A DNA stretch of 64,000 bases, from NCBI GenBank assembly GCA_021647705.1, contig JAKIUF010000005.1, positions 43,936 through 107,935 of the forward strand, read 5' to 3'. The first letter of the stretch is position 1, and every line of letters begins with the position of its first letter. The translations under genes and the position numbers were made by a program. Shown piece by piece: positions 31,929-41,781 of this stretch. The stretch is from Gammaproteobacteria bacterium. Its GTDB lineage: Bacteria; Pseudomonadota; Gammaproteobacteria; SZUA-152. The notes under the pieces were generated by a model. The model saw only the letters and a list, made by a program, of their open reading frames with translations. It did not search any database and had not been told where the DNA came from.

Positions 31929-32762
31929 ATGCAAGCCAACATTCTGTTTCACAATAATGGACACATGGTCCTTACCTTCACTGATCTGGTCACCGGTGAA
32001 GGCATACAAGCCAATCAAATGGTCATTATCCAGGAAGGTCACTCAGCCGTTTTTGATCCGGGCGGCGATCTCACCTATATGCCGTTAAGCATGGCCATCA
32101 CCAAATATGTAAAAATTAAAGACATCGACTACGTCATCGCCAGCCACCAGGATCCCGATATCATCTCCTCCCTGGACAAGTGGCTAATGTACAGCGACGC
32201 CAAAATCGTGGTCTCCAAACTCTGGGAGCGCTTTGTACCACATTTAGTGCCCGGCTACATGAAAGAAAAAGCAGAAGGCCGCATGATTGCGATCCCGGAC
32301 CAGGGCATGTACATCCCCATGGGACGCTCGGTTATCAAAGCCATTCCCGCACATTTCCTACACTCGGTAGGCAATTTTCACTTCTACGACCCCATCAGTA
32401 AAATCCTGTTTTCTGGTGATGTGGGAGCCTCAATGGTGGATAAACATCCTGAACGGGCGGTACAGGATTTTGACCGACACATCTCTAAAATGCAGGCATT
32501 TCACGAACGTTACATGGTCTCCAACAAAGTCTGCCGACTGTGGACAAGAATGGTGCGTAATATGGATGTCGAGATGATCGTGCCACAACATGGCCGCCCC
32601 TTTCAGGGCAAAGAAATGATCAGCAAATTTCTTGACTGGTTTGAAACCCTGGAATGCGGTATCGACAAGCTGACCCAGCATGATTATATGGTGCCACAAA
32701 ACAGTGGAGGAAAAATAAACGACGAAAAGGAAGAGCCATTACCCCTTCTTTCTCCGATGTAA
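31929..32762 (+). CDS. MBL-fold metallo-hydrolase / di-iron ODP-like protein
   Basis: Metallo-beta-lactamase fold motifs (IASHQDPD, later His/Asp ligands). AGGAG RBS 10 nt upstream of the ATG at 31929. Confidence 0.65.
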   Translation: MQANILFHNNGHMVLTFTDLVTGEGIQANQMVIIQEGHSAVFDPGGDLTYMPLSMAITKYVKIKDIDYVIASHQDPDIISSLDKWLMYSDAKIVVSKLWERFVPHLVPGYMKEKAEGRMIAIPDQGMYIPMGRSVIKAIPAHFLHSVGNFHFYDPISKILFSGDVGASMVDKHPERAVQDFDRHISKMQAFHERYMVSNKVCRLWTRMVRNMDVEMIVPQHGRPFQGKEMISKFLDWFETLECGIDKLTQHDYMVPQNSGGKINDEKEEPLPLLSPM

Positions 32763-34841
32763 TCCGGCAAGGCTCTCCAACGGTGGCAAACAATGTCCCT
32801 CGCGACAGATATAAGCCCGGACTCCAGTTGCTGGCACCGCATAAGCTGCCAGCATACCGGGAAGCATAGGCGCATCATCAGGAATAACCACCTGTAAACG
32901 ACGCGGCGCATATTCCTGATTCAGTGCCACAGTCCATTGCGCCATTTTTTCCGCCGCCTCCACCCCAGCGCTACGCAACACAATGGTTTCTGTCGGATAT
33001 AAAAATTCCTCGGCTGCCGTTAACAACGCATTGTGTGCATGGGGAAAACCACGCACATCCTGCCAAGCCGCATGTAACGTTTTTTCCGCCGCATCCACAT
33101 AACGACGGTTACCCAACAAATAACCCACGCGCAATAATACCTGTGCAGCAATACCGTTGCCCGATGGCGTCGCTTCATCCATCCATGGCCGGGGACGCTG
33201 AATCAGTTTTTCGTGATCATCCGCAGTAAAATAAAACCCACCATCATCTGCAGAAAAATGCGCCAACATGGCATCGAGCAAAGCGATGAGCATGTGAAAA
33301 TCATCATCACACCAACGCGCCTCCAGTAATGCCAAGACACCGTCCGCCAAAAAAGCGTAATCATCAAGATAAGCCATAAGATGCGCCTTGCCATCTTTAC
33401 TGGTGGCCAACAAACGGCCATTCACCCACAAATTTTTGCGCACAAAATCCAGCGCCTGCTCTGCCGAAGTAATAAAGTCCTTCCGCCCCAAACGTCGGCC
33501 AGCCACCGCCATGCCCTTGATCATCAAACCATTCCAACTGGTAAGAATTTTTTCATCACGACCGGGGCGCACCCTTGTTTCACGCACCGCCAATAATTTT
33601 TCCCTGCCTGCTCTCAGTATTGATTGCGCCAAAGACAACTCAAGATGCAATTCATCTGCAATATTTTCCAGACTGCAAAACACATGCAAATGCCAAGCAC
33701 CCTCAAAGTTCGGCGTACGATCCAAACCGTAATGCCGCGACAGTACCGCGTATTCCTCATCGGTTAACAGTTGCTGTACTTCCACCAACTGCCAGGCATA
33801 AAACTTTCCTTCTTCACCTTCCGAATCAGCGTCTAACGTGGAATAGTACCCCCCTAAAGGTGATTGCATTTCGCGCATCACCCATTGAGCCGTTTCTTCT
33901 GCCACCTGCCGAAAAACAGCATCCCCGGTGGCAGCATAAGCATCGGCATACAACACCAGTAACGGCCCATTGTCATAAAGCATTTTTTCAAAGTGCGGAA
34001 TCATCCACTGCTCATCAACAGAATAACGACAAAAACCACCCCCCAACTGATCATAGATCCCTCCGGAAGCCATGGCATGCAAGGTCGTACGCGCCATTTC
34101 CAGCGCCTGTGCATCCGACCCGTCTGTGGCAGACCAATGGCGTAATAAACGCTCAATATTGGTGGGGTGAGGAAACTTCGGTGCCGTACCAAAACCTGCA
34201 TAGTGTTTATCGTAACTCTTCTCTAGCTGGCGTCGTGCCTCATCCAATACCGCAGCTTCTATTTCAGTATCAGCCGATGCCCGTCCCTCACTGGCACGTT
34301 GCAGATATTCGCGCACCGAATCACTTTGTTTACCCACATCATCCGGGTGCTCATGATAAAAATCTGCCACGCGCTGCAAAATATCAGCAAAGGCAGGCAT
34401 GCCATGACGTGGCTGTGGTGGAAAATAAGTACCACCAAAAAAAGGGGTATGGTTATCAGCCGTTAAAAACATATTCAGCGGCCAGCCACCACCGCGCTGA
34501 TTCAGCAACTGATACGCAAACTGATAAATTTTATCCAGATCAGGACGCTCTTCACGGTCTACCTTGATATTAATAAACAAGGTATTCATCAGCCTAGCCG
34601 TGGCTTCATCCTCGAAAGACTCATGCTCCATCACATGACACCAGTGACAAGCGGAATACCCTATCGACAACAAAATCGGTTTGTTTTCCGCGCGGGCTTT
34701 GCTCAATGCCTCCTCACCCCAGGGGTGCCAGTCCACTGGATTATGGGCATGCTGCTGGAGATAAGGACTGGTTTCATTAATTAGCGAATTGGGCACTGCG
34801 TAATTCCTATGAGGTACTCGAATGAAACGCCACCGTAGCAA
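32739..34841 (-). CDS. Thioredoxin-domain protein of the YyaL/SSP411 family (DUF255 plus six-hairpin glycosidase-like domain)
   Basis: N-terminal [22 protein letters not shown]...[16 protein letters not shown] is the DUF255 thioredoxin-like signature. About 700 aa. Confidence 0.8.
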   Translation of the reverse strand: MLRWRFIRVPHRNYAVPNSLINETSPYLQQHAHNPVDWHPWGEEALSKARAENKPILLSIGYSACHWCHVMEHESFEDEATARLMNTLFINIKVDREERPDLDKIYQFAYQLLNQRGGGWPLNMFLTADNHTPFFGGTYFPPQPRHGMPAFADILQRVADFYHEHPDDVGKQSDSVREYLQRASEGRASADTEIEAAVLDEARRQLEKSYDKHYAGFGTAPKFPHPTNIERLLRHWSATDGSDAQALEMARTTLHAMASGGIYDQLGGGFCRYSVDEQWMIPHFEKMLYDNGPLLVLYADAYAATGDAVFRQVAEETAQWVMREMQSPLGGYYSTLDADSEGEEGKFYAWQLVEVQQLLTDEEYAVLSRHYGLDRTPNFEGAWHLHVFCSLENIADELHLELSLAQSILRAGREKLLAVRETRVRPGRDEKILTSWNGLMIKGMAVAGRRLGRKDFITSAEQALDFVRKNLWVNGRLLATSKDGKAHLMAYLDDYAFLADGVLALLEARWCDDDFHMLIALLDAMLAHFSADDGGFYFTADDHEKLIQRPRPWMDEATPSGNGIAAQVLLRVGYLLGNRRYVDAAEKTLHAAWQDVRGFPHAHNALLTAAEEFLYPTETIVLRSAGVEAAEKMAQWTVALNQEYAPRRLQVVIPDDAPMLPGMLAAYAVPATGVRAYICREGHCLPPLESLAGLHRRKKG

Positions 34842-34929
34842 ATGGAATCCGCAAATAACAGATGACAGTTTGTAGGGAATTTATCGGCTTCCACAGCCCC
34901 CTGTGAAAACCCACATCGAATTTGATAAC

Positions 34930-35230
34930 CGTAGGGTGGGCACGTTTTTTGTGCCCACGCGTGTACCAGCTCGGCCTGCATTAAACCAACTGTGATAAAA
35001 ATGTCTTGGCAGAAACAATTACCGGACGCTTTATATCAATAAACTCGCCATCAATTGCCACATTGTAAAATAGTCAAGACCAAAACAAGACACCCCTTAA
35101 AATGGTCGAGATTATACTGACTATGCTGACTGGGCCTGAATAAATGAAAATCCAACGCAAAGGCGCGAAAACGCAGAGGACGCAAAGAAAAGGGGGCGTA
35201 GGGTGGGCACGTTTTTTGTGCCCACGCGCA
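34930..35230. repeat. Pair of direct REP-like palindromic units CGTAGGGTGGGCACGTTTTTTGTGCCCACGCG (34930-34961 and 35197-35228)
   Basis: Identical 32-bp units, each a GTGGGCAC/GTGCCCAC hairpin with a GTAG head. They lie in the YyaL-rlmI intergenic space. Confidence 0.55.
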
Positions 35231-35354
35231 TACTGAATGAATCAGCTGAATCACAACAAACGTAACAGGATTAGATTGTAAGCTTGCCCACAGCTAGCGA
35301 TAATAGCACTTTCTCCCGCACGACAACTCGTGCAAAAAATAGGAATCACCCACC

Positions 35355-36554
35355 GTGAGCAAAACCCTCCCTCCCCTGCGTCTCAAAAAAAATGAAGAAC
35401 GTCGCCTCAAGGCAGGCCATTTATGGGTCTACAGCAACGAAATCGATATCGACAAAACGCCACTGAAAGATTTCTCCCCCGGCACAGCCGTCAGCATCGA
35501 AGATTCGCAGGGTCATGTGCTAGGCAATGCCTACGTCAATCCGCATTCACTGATCAGCGCACGGCTGATTAGTCGTGATACAAAATATGTACTGGACCAA
35601 TCACTGATAACCCACCGCCTGAACATTGCTCTCTCACTGCGCGAACAATGTTTCGCACAACCCTTTTATCGCCTGGTACACGGTGAAGGGGACAACCTGC
35701 CCGGACTGATAGTGGACCGCTTCGCGGACGTACTGGTGGTGCAAATCACCACTGCAGGCATGGAAATGCAAAAACAGGCCATCATCGCCGCGCTGGAAAA
35801 AACCCTCAAACCTGCGGCCATCGTATTGCGCAACGACAGCCCCTCCCGCAAAGCCGAAGAACTGGATAGCTACGTCGAAACCGCCAGCGGCAAGTTACCG
35901 GAATCAGTGCTACTGGAAGAAAACAACACCCGTTTTGAAATCGATGTACTCAGCGGTCAAAAAACCGGCTGGTTTTACGACCATCGCATGAACCGTGCGC
36001 GCATGCAGCATTACGTCAAAGACAAGCGGGTACTGGATGTCTTCAGCTACATCGGCGGCTGGGGGATTCAGGCGCTCACCGCCGGGGCCAACGAAGTGAT
36101 GTGTATTGATGCTTCAGCCAAAGCCGTTGATCGCATGCATCACAATGCCTGCCTGAACAACGTAGAAGATAAACTGGTGAGCGTAGAAGGCGACGCCTTC
36201 GAAGCACTAAAATCCCTGCGCCAGGAACGCGAACGTTTTGACGTAGTGATTATCGACCCACCCGCCTTCATCAAACGCAAAAAAGATTTCAAAGAAGGCC
36301 TCACCGCCTATCGACGCATTAATCAAATGGCCTTGCAGGTACTCAACAAAGGCGGCTATCTGATCAGCGCCTCCTGCTCGTTTCATCTCACACGCGCGCA
36401 ACTGCACGACACCATTTTAAAAGCCAGTCGTCATATTGATCGCAATGCGCAAATTATCGAGCAAGGTCACCAGGGGCCAGATCATCCGGTACACCCAGCC
36501 ATTGCGGAAACCGATTATTTAAAGGCATTTATCACCCGCATTTTGTCGAATTAA
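35355..36554 (+). CDS. rlmI: 23S rRNA m5C1962 methyltransferase (PUA plus class-I SAM MTase)
   Basis: MSKTLPPLRLKKNEERRLKAGHLWVYSNEID... matches the RlmI N-terminus. SAM-binding motif region present. GTG start. Confidence 0.85.
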   Translation: MSKTLPPLRLKKNEERRLKAGHLWVYSNEIDIDKTPLKDFSPGTAVSIEDSQGHVLGNAYVNPHSLISARLISRDTKYVLDQSLITHRLNIALSLREQCFAQPFYRLVHGEGDNLPGLIVDRFADVLVVQITTAGMEMQKQAIIAALEKTLKPAAIVLRNDSPSRKAEELDSYVETASGKLPESVLLEENNTRFEIDVLSGQKTGWFYDHRMNRARMQHYVKDKRVLDVFSYIGGWGIQALTAGANEVMCIDASAKAVDRMHHNACLNNVEDKLVSVEGDAFEALKSLRQERERFDVVIIDPPAFIKRKKDFKEGLTAYRRINQMALQVLNKGGYLISASCSFHLTRAQLHDTILKASRHIDRNAQIIEQGHQGPDHPVHPAIAETDYLKAFITRILSN

Positions 36555-36574
36555 TGAATTAAGTATTGCACCCT

Positions 36575-36960
36575 CTTGTGCATCACACTGTTGATCTGGA
36601 TATGATCCTTCCGATGCGTATGCCAAAAAACGCAATAAAGCAGAACGGTTCACCGGCATCTTCTTTGCCCATAGGAAGATGACAAGCTTATCGAAACTGA
36701 GTTAAGGCTCCTTCGGGAGCCTTTGTCATTCATAACGCTCTTAAAAACATAGCGCTATCCCCGTCAGCCAACAAGCCAAGTCGGGTAGGGTGGAACAAGC
36801 GTAGCGGTTCCACCAAACAGGATAAGGGACATATTCAAGGTTCGATTGCTATCGACGTCCACCTTGACTCACCGTTTGCTGGTGAGTTGTTGTTGAATAA
36901 GAGATTTTTTCTCCGACTTCAGGCAATCGGAGTTTTGTTGCAGAGTGTTGATTTTTTGTC
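36575..36960. repeat. Copy 1 of a ~300-390 bp structured repeat (UUCG-tetraloop hairpin GGCTCC-TTCG-GGAGCC, REP unit, two hairpins followed by T-runs)
   Basis: About 90% identical to 38320-38890, with a ~150-bp indel between the copies. Ends with CTCCGA-CTTCAGGCAA-TCGGAG-TTTTGTTG. Confidence 0.6.
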
Positions 36961-37029
36961 AGCGGTCGTAAGCTATAGAGGTGATTTGTTGTTCCGTAAT
37001 CGCCTGTTGGTGGAACCGCTGCGCTTGTT
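36783..37029. repeat. Inverted pair of REP-like units GTAGGGTGGAACAAGCGTAGCGGTTCCACC (36783-36815 forward, 36996-37028 reverse) flanking ~180 bp
   Basis: The two 30-bp units are reverse complements of each other with 1 mismatch. Each is itself a GGTGGAAC/GTTCCACC hairpin. A third forward copy lies at 38719-38751. Confidence 0.6.
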
Positions 37030-37524
37030 CCACCCTACGGGTTTACTCTGTGCTGAATAGAGAAAATCAAAAGGGATCAAGTATCATATTGACGATTTAT
37101 TTTAACCGCTAATTTAATGGAATTAATCTCATCCTTCATACGCAACTTCCACTTTGAATAGTTTAAGCATTTCTGAAGAAATAATTTTCTACCAACTAAC
37201 CGCTAATATGATACTTGACCTTCATTTTTTTATCACCCGCATTTTGTCGAACTAACGAATTAAGCAAAATCATCAAGTTAAAAATAGGTTGGCGGTGAGT
37301 TTGCGAACCCCAACGCTACCTCAGCATGCAGTTTAAGAGGCACTGGGAATTAGGTCGCATTTTCAATAAAATAAATTTTATGGGAATAGATAACATTCAT
37401 ATCTTTATCCTGTTTTTATAAAAAAGTGGCTTGCCCCTTGTGCCAAAAACAATCTATAAAACGGATGAATTAAGTATTGCGCTCTCTTATTTTGATAGAA
37501 AAATGGCTCATATGGTCAGCCGTT

Positions 37525-37926
37525 TTATATATTGAATAGCTGTATTGGGGTGTATTTTTTATAATGAGAAAAATCCTTATCCGTCGTGAATATTTCTGAT
37601 TTCAGTCGAAACGCAACCGCACAAATCAAAAAATCAACATGTGAACCTTGAACACCTTTTGACCGACAGGTATTCGAAAATGTTGCTGCCTGAACATAGT
37701 CACCGTCAATGATTTGCTCATTTTCAAAATAGCGTAATTTGCTATTTAATTTCTCAAACTTAGATTTGACGCTATAGCCCGACAAAACCTCCTGCCTGAT
37801 TGGACCAAGCATTACCACCCTTTGGTCTGAAATCAGGGTTTCAAGCTCCTTAACACAAGCCTCATATCCTTTTTTTTTGGATCTTAAAGCGTATGACCAT
37901 ATTGGCGTATCTACGATGACCTTCAA
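37525..37926 (-). CDS. vapC: PIN-domain toxin (VapC family)
   Basis: MKVIVDTPIW... with conserved acidic residues of the PIN fold. 133 aa. 4-bp overlap with the upstream antitoxin gene. Confidence 0.7.
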   Translation of the reverse strand: MKVIVDTPIWSYALRSKKKGYEACVKELETLISDQRVVMLGPIRQEVLSGYSVKSKFEKLNSKLRYFENEQIIDGDYVQAATFSNTCRSKGVQGSHVDFLICAVAFRLKSEIFTTDKDFSHYKKYTPIQLFNI

Positions 37927-38120
37927 TGCGCTCTGCCCTTTTTATAATCGTAATCAGCATCAGGATCCAGCTTCCCAAACAACTCTATAATTTCCAATTG
38001 CTTACGACGATTCACAAACTCTTTTAAAGCATAATTAACCGTATCTTTTTTAGTTTTTAACCCGCTGAGCAATAGAGCTTCTTCCAATAATTTGTCGTCA
38101 ATTGCTAAATTCGTTGCCAT
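37923..38120 (-). CDS. vapB: VapB-type antitoxin (small DNA-binding protein)
   Basis: 65-aa MATNLAIDDKLLEEALLLSGLKTKKDTVNYALKEFV... translationally coupled to the PIN gene. Confidence 0.5.
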   Translation of the reverse strand: MATNLAIDDKLLEEALLLSGLKTKKDTVNYALKEFVNRRKQLEIIELFGKLDPDADYDYKKGRAH

Positions 38121-38319
38121 TTTGCATCTCCTTTTTCTCACACAATAGGCGACACATAGCAGTGTGTCAACAACGAATCCTCACAGGGTACCGGTAAAAA
38201 ACCCAGGTACGGCTAACGCCATACTCAGTGCCCGCCCTGAAGGCGCATGCTTCCAATAATCTCCCGCTCAACAATGTTAATTTGAAGAACATCTGCGCCC
38301 GTGAGCAGCTTAAATCGGC

Positions 38320-38890
38320 GTTTCCTGAGCCACTTATACAACACACTGTTGATCTAGATATGGTCATTCCGATGCGTATACCAAAAAATGCAATAAAGCA
38401 GAATGGTTCATTGGCATCTTCTTTGCCCATAGGAAATTGACCATCCTCGGTTACCCAAATACTGCATCCTGGTGCTAAAAAAATGTACGGATAACCCCTC
38501 TCACGGGACATTAATCCGCTAGAAAAAACCGGTAACGGCATACGCCCCAGTCTTGCAATCAAGCAGAAATGTATTCAACAGTGAACAGTGCAGTCAGCCC
38601 GGCAAAGCGGTGACAAGCTTCTCGAAGCTGAGTTAAGGCTCCTTCGGGAGCCTTTGTCATTCATAACGCTCTTAAAAACATAGCGCTCCCCCCCCTCCGT
38701 CAGCCATCAAGACAAGTCGGGTAGGGTGGAACAAGCGTAGCGGTTCCACCAAACGGGATAAGAGACATATTCACGGTTCGATTGCTATCTACGTCCACCT
38801 TGACTCGCCGTTTGCTCGTGAGCTGTTGTTGAATAAGGGCTTTTTTCTCCGGCTTCAGGCAACCGGGGTTTTGTTCACTGCAACATAGAC
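38320..38890. repeat. Copy 2 of the ~300-390 bp structured repeat (carries an extra ~150-bp internal segment)
   Basis: Shares CACACTGTTGATCT...GCAATAAAGCAGAA... and ...CTGAGTTAAGGCTCCTTCGGGAGCCTTTGTCATTCATAACGCTCTTAAAAACATAGCGCT...GTCGGGTAGGGTGGAACAAGCGTAGCGGTTCCACC... with copy 1. Confidence 0.6.
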
Positions 38891-38945
38891 CATACACTGG
38901 CAGACAAAGAGATTGACAACTGATTAAGGCGGTAAACAAAAGAAA

Positions 38946-39057
38946 AATAGGGGTCAAGTTTATTGTATAAAATCAAAAAATATTTTCGTACTCAATTTTT
39001 GCTGGGAAGGGTATGGGTAGCTAATGTCATTATACAATAGGCTTGACCCCTTCACTC
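38946..39057. repeat. 110-bp TIR element copy 1 (MITE-like; ends AATAGGGGTCAAG...CTTGACCCC)
   Basis: Near-identical to 40661-40770 and 42629-42757. Terminal inverted repeats GGGGTCAAGTTTATTGTATA / TATACAATAGGCTTGACCCC. Confidence 0.6.
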
Positions 39058-39233
39058 TTACGAGACTAAATCACTTCAACTTTCGTTTACGGCCTGCTGC
39101 CTTGCGGCACGTCGTGCTTAACATTTAGGATTACTCCCGCCTGCCCGACGCTTGCTACCCGGTGGCTGACCTGCCTTGCCGGGGCGGGTTTCTCACCCGC
39201 TGGAATAATCGACCTGGCTCGGCCGCACACCCC

Positions 39234-39725
39234 TTAACTTTTTTTGTTGTCTGAAAAATTCTCATTTCTAATAATTTGTTTTAACTTCAGATAATACCCA
39301 TTTGAGGTCTCTACCCAAACGCCGTCCCATTCACCGCCTTTGTTTGTCCATCGACTAGCAAGGAAAAATTCAACAGAATGACCGACATCTACACCCTTGT
39401 TTTTTAAGTCTGCACGCAAACTTAAAAATGCATCTTGTGATTTTATCGTCATGATTTTTTCAGGTTTATTAGTAAACTCGCTTTTTGTATAAATTATTCG
39501 CCAAATAAATATGCTACTGACTCCCCTGTCAGCCTCTTCACGATACAACAACTTAGCATCTGCTGGAAATTCCAGGCCGCTTATTTTTTCTATATGCTCA
39601 ACCGGTTCAGACAATACCTGATCCGGTACTTCTAATAGGCGCGAAACAGAAAAAACACCCAGTACAAAGAGAAAACTCAGTACTATCACGAATAGTAGGA
39701 TCAGCTTTTTCACATTACCTACCAC
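39234..39725 (-). CDS. Hypothetical membrane-anchored protein (163 aa) in the integron cassette region
   Basis: N-terminal TM helix LILLFVIVLSFLFVLGVF. 11-bp overlap with the upstream ORF 39715-40398. Confidence 0.5.
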   Translation of the reverse strand: MVGNVKKLILLFVIVLSFLFVLGVFSVSRLLEVPDQVLSEPVEHIEKISGLEFPADAKLLYREEADRGVSSIFIWRIIYTKSEFTNKPEKIMTIKSQDAFLSLRADLKNKGVDVGHSVEFFLASRWTNKGGEWDGVWVETSNGYYLKLKQIIRNENFSDNKKS

Positions 39726-40398
39726 TGGATATGGGCTCCATTTTGGATAAAACGGTTTTATCGCCCCATTTATGCTGACTTTTAATTTGACCGCACAAAT
39801 TAAATTCTTGAGCTAAACCTTGTCGATGGAACAACCCCATGAATTCGTCGGTAATGTCTACATTGAAAATTGTTACCGACTTGCCTTTATCCCAATTGTA
39901 TCTATCGACACAATTGAAAACGAAATCCATTTGATATCCTTTACCGCCCACACCGTCATGTTCCACAATAAGGTTCGCTTTCCCCCATATTGAATATCCA
40001 CCAACCGCAAAAAACCAGTTTTTACTTTCAATTTGTCTGTTATACTCTTGCACCATTCGAGAAGCTACGATATTGTATGCTCCGGGCGGCAAAGTCTCAG
40101 CGAAAACCTTTGCTTCAGCTGCTTCCCTAGTATGTAGCAATTTAGCACTTTCCACTTCATCAACCATCCCCTGTAAATCAAACTCGTACTCTTTTCCCGA
40201 ATTCAATAAGTAGTGTAGCATGTGCTTGGCGGCATCATCACCAACTAGAACAGTTGCATGCACCATATAATTCAATATTGCGACTTTTAACGCGATCATT
40301 TTAGCTTCAGGTTTCTCACTATTCCAGAGTCCTGCGCCGGGATCATATTTTACGACTGGGTCAGTCGTTCCAATTATAAAATTTGGCATCACTCTCAT
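39715..40398 (-). CDS. Hypothetical protein (227 aa) in the integron cassette region
   Basis: Uninterrupted ORF, minus strand like all cassette ORFs. No recognisable motif. Confidence 0.5.
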   Translation of the reverse strand: MRVMPNFIIGTTDPVVKYDPGAGLWNSEKPEAKMIALKVAILNYMVHATVLVGDDAAKHMLHYLLNSGKEYEFDLQGMVDEVESAKLLHTREAAEAKVFAETLPPGAYNIVASRMVQEYNRQIESKNWFFAVGGYSIWGKANLIVEHDGVGGKGYQMDFVFNCVDRYNWDKGKSVTIFNVDITDEFMGLFHRQGLAQEFNLCGQIKSQHKWGDKTVLSKMEPISSGR

Positions 40399-40660
40399 CC
40401 CTTAATTTTTTCAATCTAAATTTCCTCCACCCTATAATGACAAAATCATACTGTCAAACGAACGAAAGGCTTGTACTGTGCTTTGTTTTAACACTGATGA
40501 AAGAAGGAGAGACCTTTCGATTTCTGCTCAGCTCAATCAGTGCCACTCTGCAAATTGTCCGCGTTAATCACTTTTGTTAGCCTTTTATTGGCACCCACAA
40601 CAATTTCGCTCCAATATGCTTATGGATTAAAACAGATAGTAATCTATGTTTATAAAATAG

Positions 40661-40770
40661 AATAGGGGTCAAGTTTATTGTATAATATCAAAAAATATTT
40701 TCGTACTCAATTTTTGTTGGGAAGGGTATGGGTAGCTAATGTCATTATACAATAGGCTTGACCCTTTTAC
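40661..40770. repeat. 110-bp TIR element copy 2
   Basis: 97% identical to copies 1 and 3. Abuts the truncated 3' end of the IS91 N-terminal fragment. Confidence 0.6.
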
Positions 40771-41046
40771 TTTCAGGTCATTGAGCGCCAAGGGTATTGT
40801 GAAGATGGCGTGGTGATGTGGGCAGTCCAGCAATACCCTTTGGGTGTTAATCAGCCATTCTTCGGTTGGCATGCCTCGACATTGGGGGCAGGCGCAGTGT
40901 TTACAGGAGTTGTACCAGATGCCGTTGAGGTGGTTGTTTTCACAGTATTGCGCATGTCCGCCCAGGGCGGCGGTACGACAGGTGGAGAGTTTGTCCAGGG
41001 CTTTCAGATGATGTAGCGGTAAGCTGACTTTTTGTCCGCTTGTCAT
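40675..41046 (-). mobile_element. IS91-family transposase, N-terminal zinc-binding fragment (pseudogene; reading frame runs into the 110-bp element)
   Basis: LGGHAQYCENNHLNGIWYNSCKHCACPQCRG...HHHAIFTIP matches the N-terminal Zn-binding and first conserved block of IS91/Y2 transposases. No HUH/Tyr catalytic region follows. Confidence 0.6.
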
Positions 41047-41103
41047 GTGCTACCAAAGCACAAACGAAACGTTGCGGAGGCCTGTCCGGCTCTACTGCGC
41101 CTG

Positions 41104-41781
41104 TTATGCATTGGCTTTTATACGTGACAACATTGAAATGTATGGGTTTGCTCTGATAGTTATCAATTTTTTAAACGTAGCTTCAATACTTTTATCATTC
41201 TCAGGCATTCGTTTTAAAAGACTAGAATTGCTACCCTCATAATACTGAAAAATAGAAATGTATGTTTCATACCACATTACCCACTCAGCCTCTTTGGGAA
41301 CCCACCCAACTAAGTCCAAATATTCTTTTTGCAGATGTAAAGATTCTTCACTCACACCATGCGCCTTAAAAGGGTATATATACAAGAATCTAATAAACTC
41401 ATCCAGCAACGCACCAGCCCATGTCGTAATCTCTAGATCGCTAACTGCCTTTTCTACTCTTTTGTCTAGAATATCTTTTTGATAATGGTAAACAGCATTC
41501 CTACAGCGCTTTATTGTTAGAACATAGTCTTCATATACTGATAGAAGCTCATTTATTGCTTTATCTGACTCTTTTAGGCTATACCAGCCTTCTACAACAA
41601 CGTACAAAGATGCCAACCATTGACTACTGTATATAAAATATTTTACCCCACTTTCTTCGTTTTTAATTTTTCGCTCAAAATTATGGCGTTCAATATCAGA
41701 ACGATAAATGTATTTACCCCACGAAGCCACCTCAAGTATTTTTTCTGGCATAGGTATCTTCCAATGCATAACGATAGCCAT
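41104..41781 (-). CDS. Hypothetical cassette protein (225 aa)
   Basis: Long minus-strand ORF. Its stop overlaps a GTTATGC core-like motif at 41100-41106. Confidence 0.5.
   Translation of the reverse strand: MAIVMHWKIPMPEKILEVASWGKYIYRSDIERHNFERKIKNEESGVKYFIYSSQWLASLYVVVEGWYSLKESDKAINELLSVYEDYVLTIKRCRNAVYHYQKDILDKRVEKAVSDLEITTWAGALLDEFIRFLYIYPFKAHGVSEESLHLQKEYLDLVGWVPKEAEWVMWYETYISIFQYYEGSNSSLLKRMPENDKSIEATFKKLITIRANPYISMLSRIKANA

Noticed and set aside
36598-36678. 26-codon ORF (MILPMRMPKNAIKQNGSPASSLPIGR) conserved in both copies of the ~300-bp repeat as a possible small protein
   Set aside because: The two copies differ by 5 nonsynonymous versus 2 synonymous changes, and one copy extends upstream through a different context. 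This does not look like purifying selection on a peptide.
38167-38562. 131-aa minus-strand ORF
   Set aside because: It lies entirely inside copy 2 of the ~300-bp repeat, spanning the ~150-bp segment that copy 1 lacks. No RBS or motif. Likely spurious.
39061-39233. attC site downstream of ORF 39234-39725
   Set aside because: Both candidate cores (GCTTAAC at 39117 and CCTTAAC at 39232) are in the same orientation rather than forming an R''/R' inverted pair. The canonical attC architecture is not met, so the cassette boundary here is unresolved.
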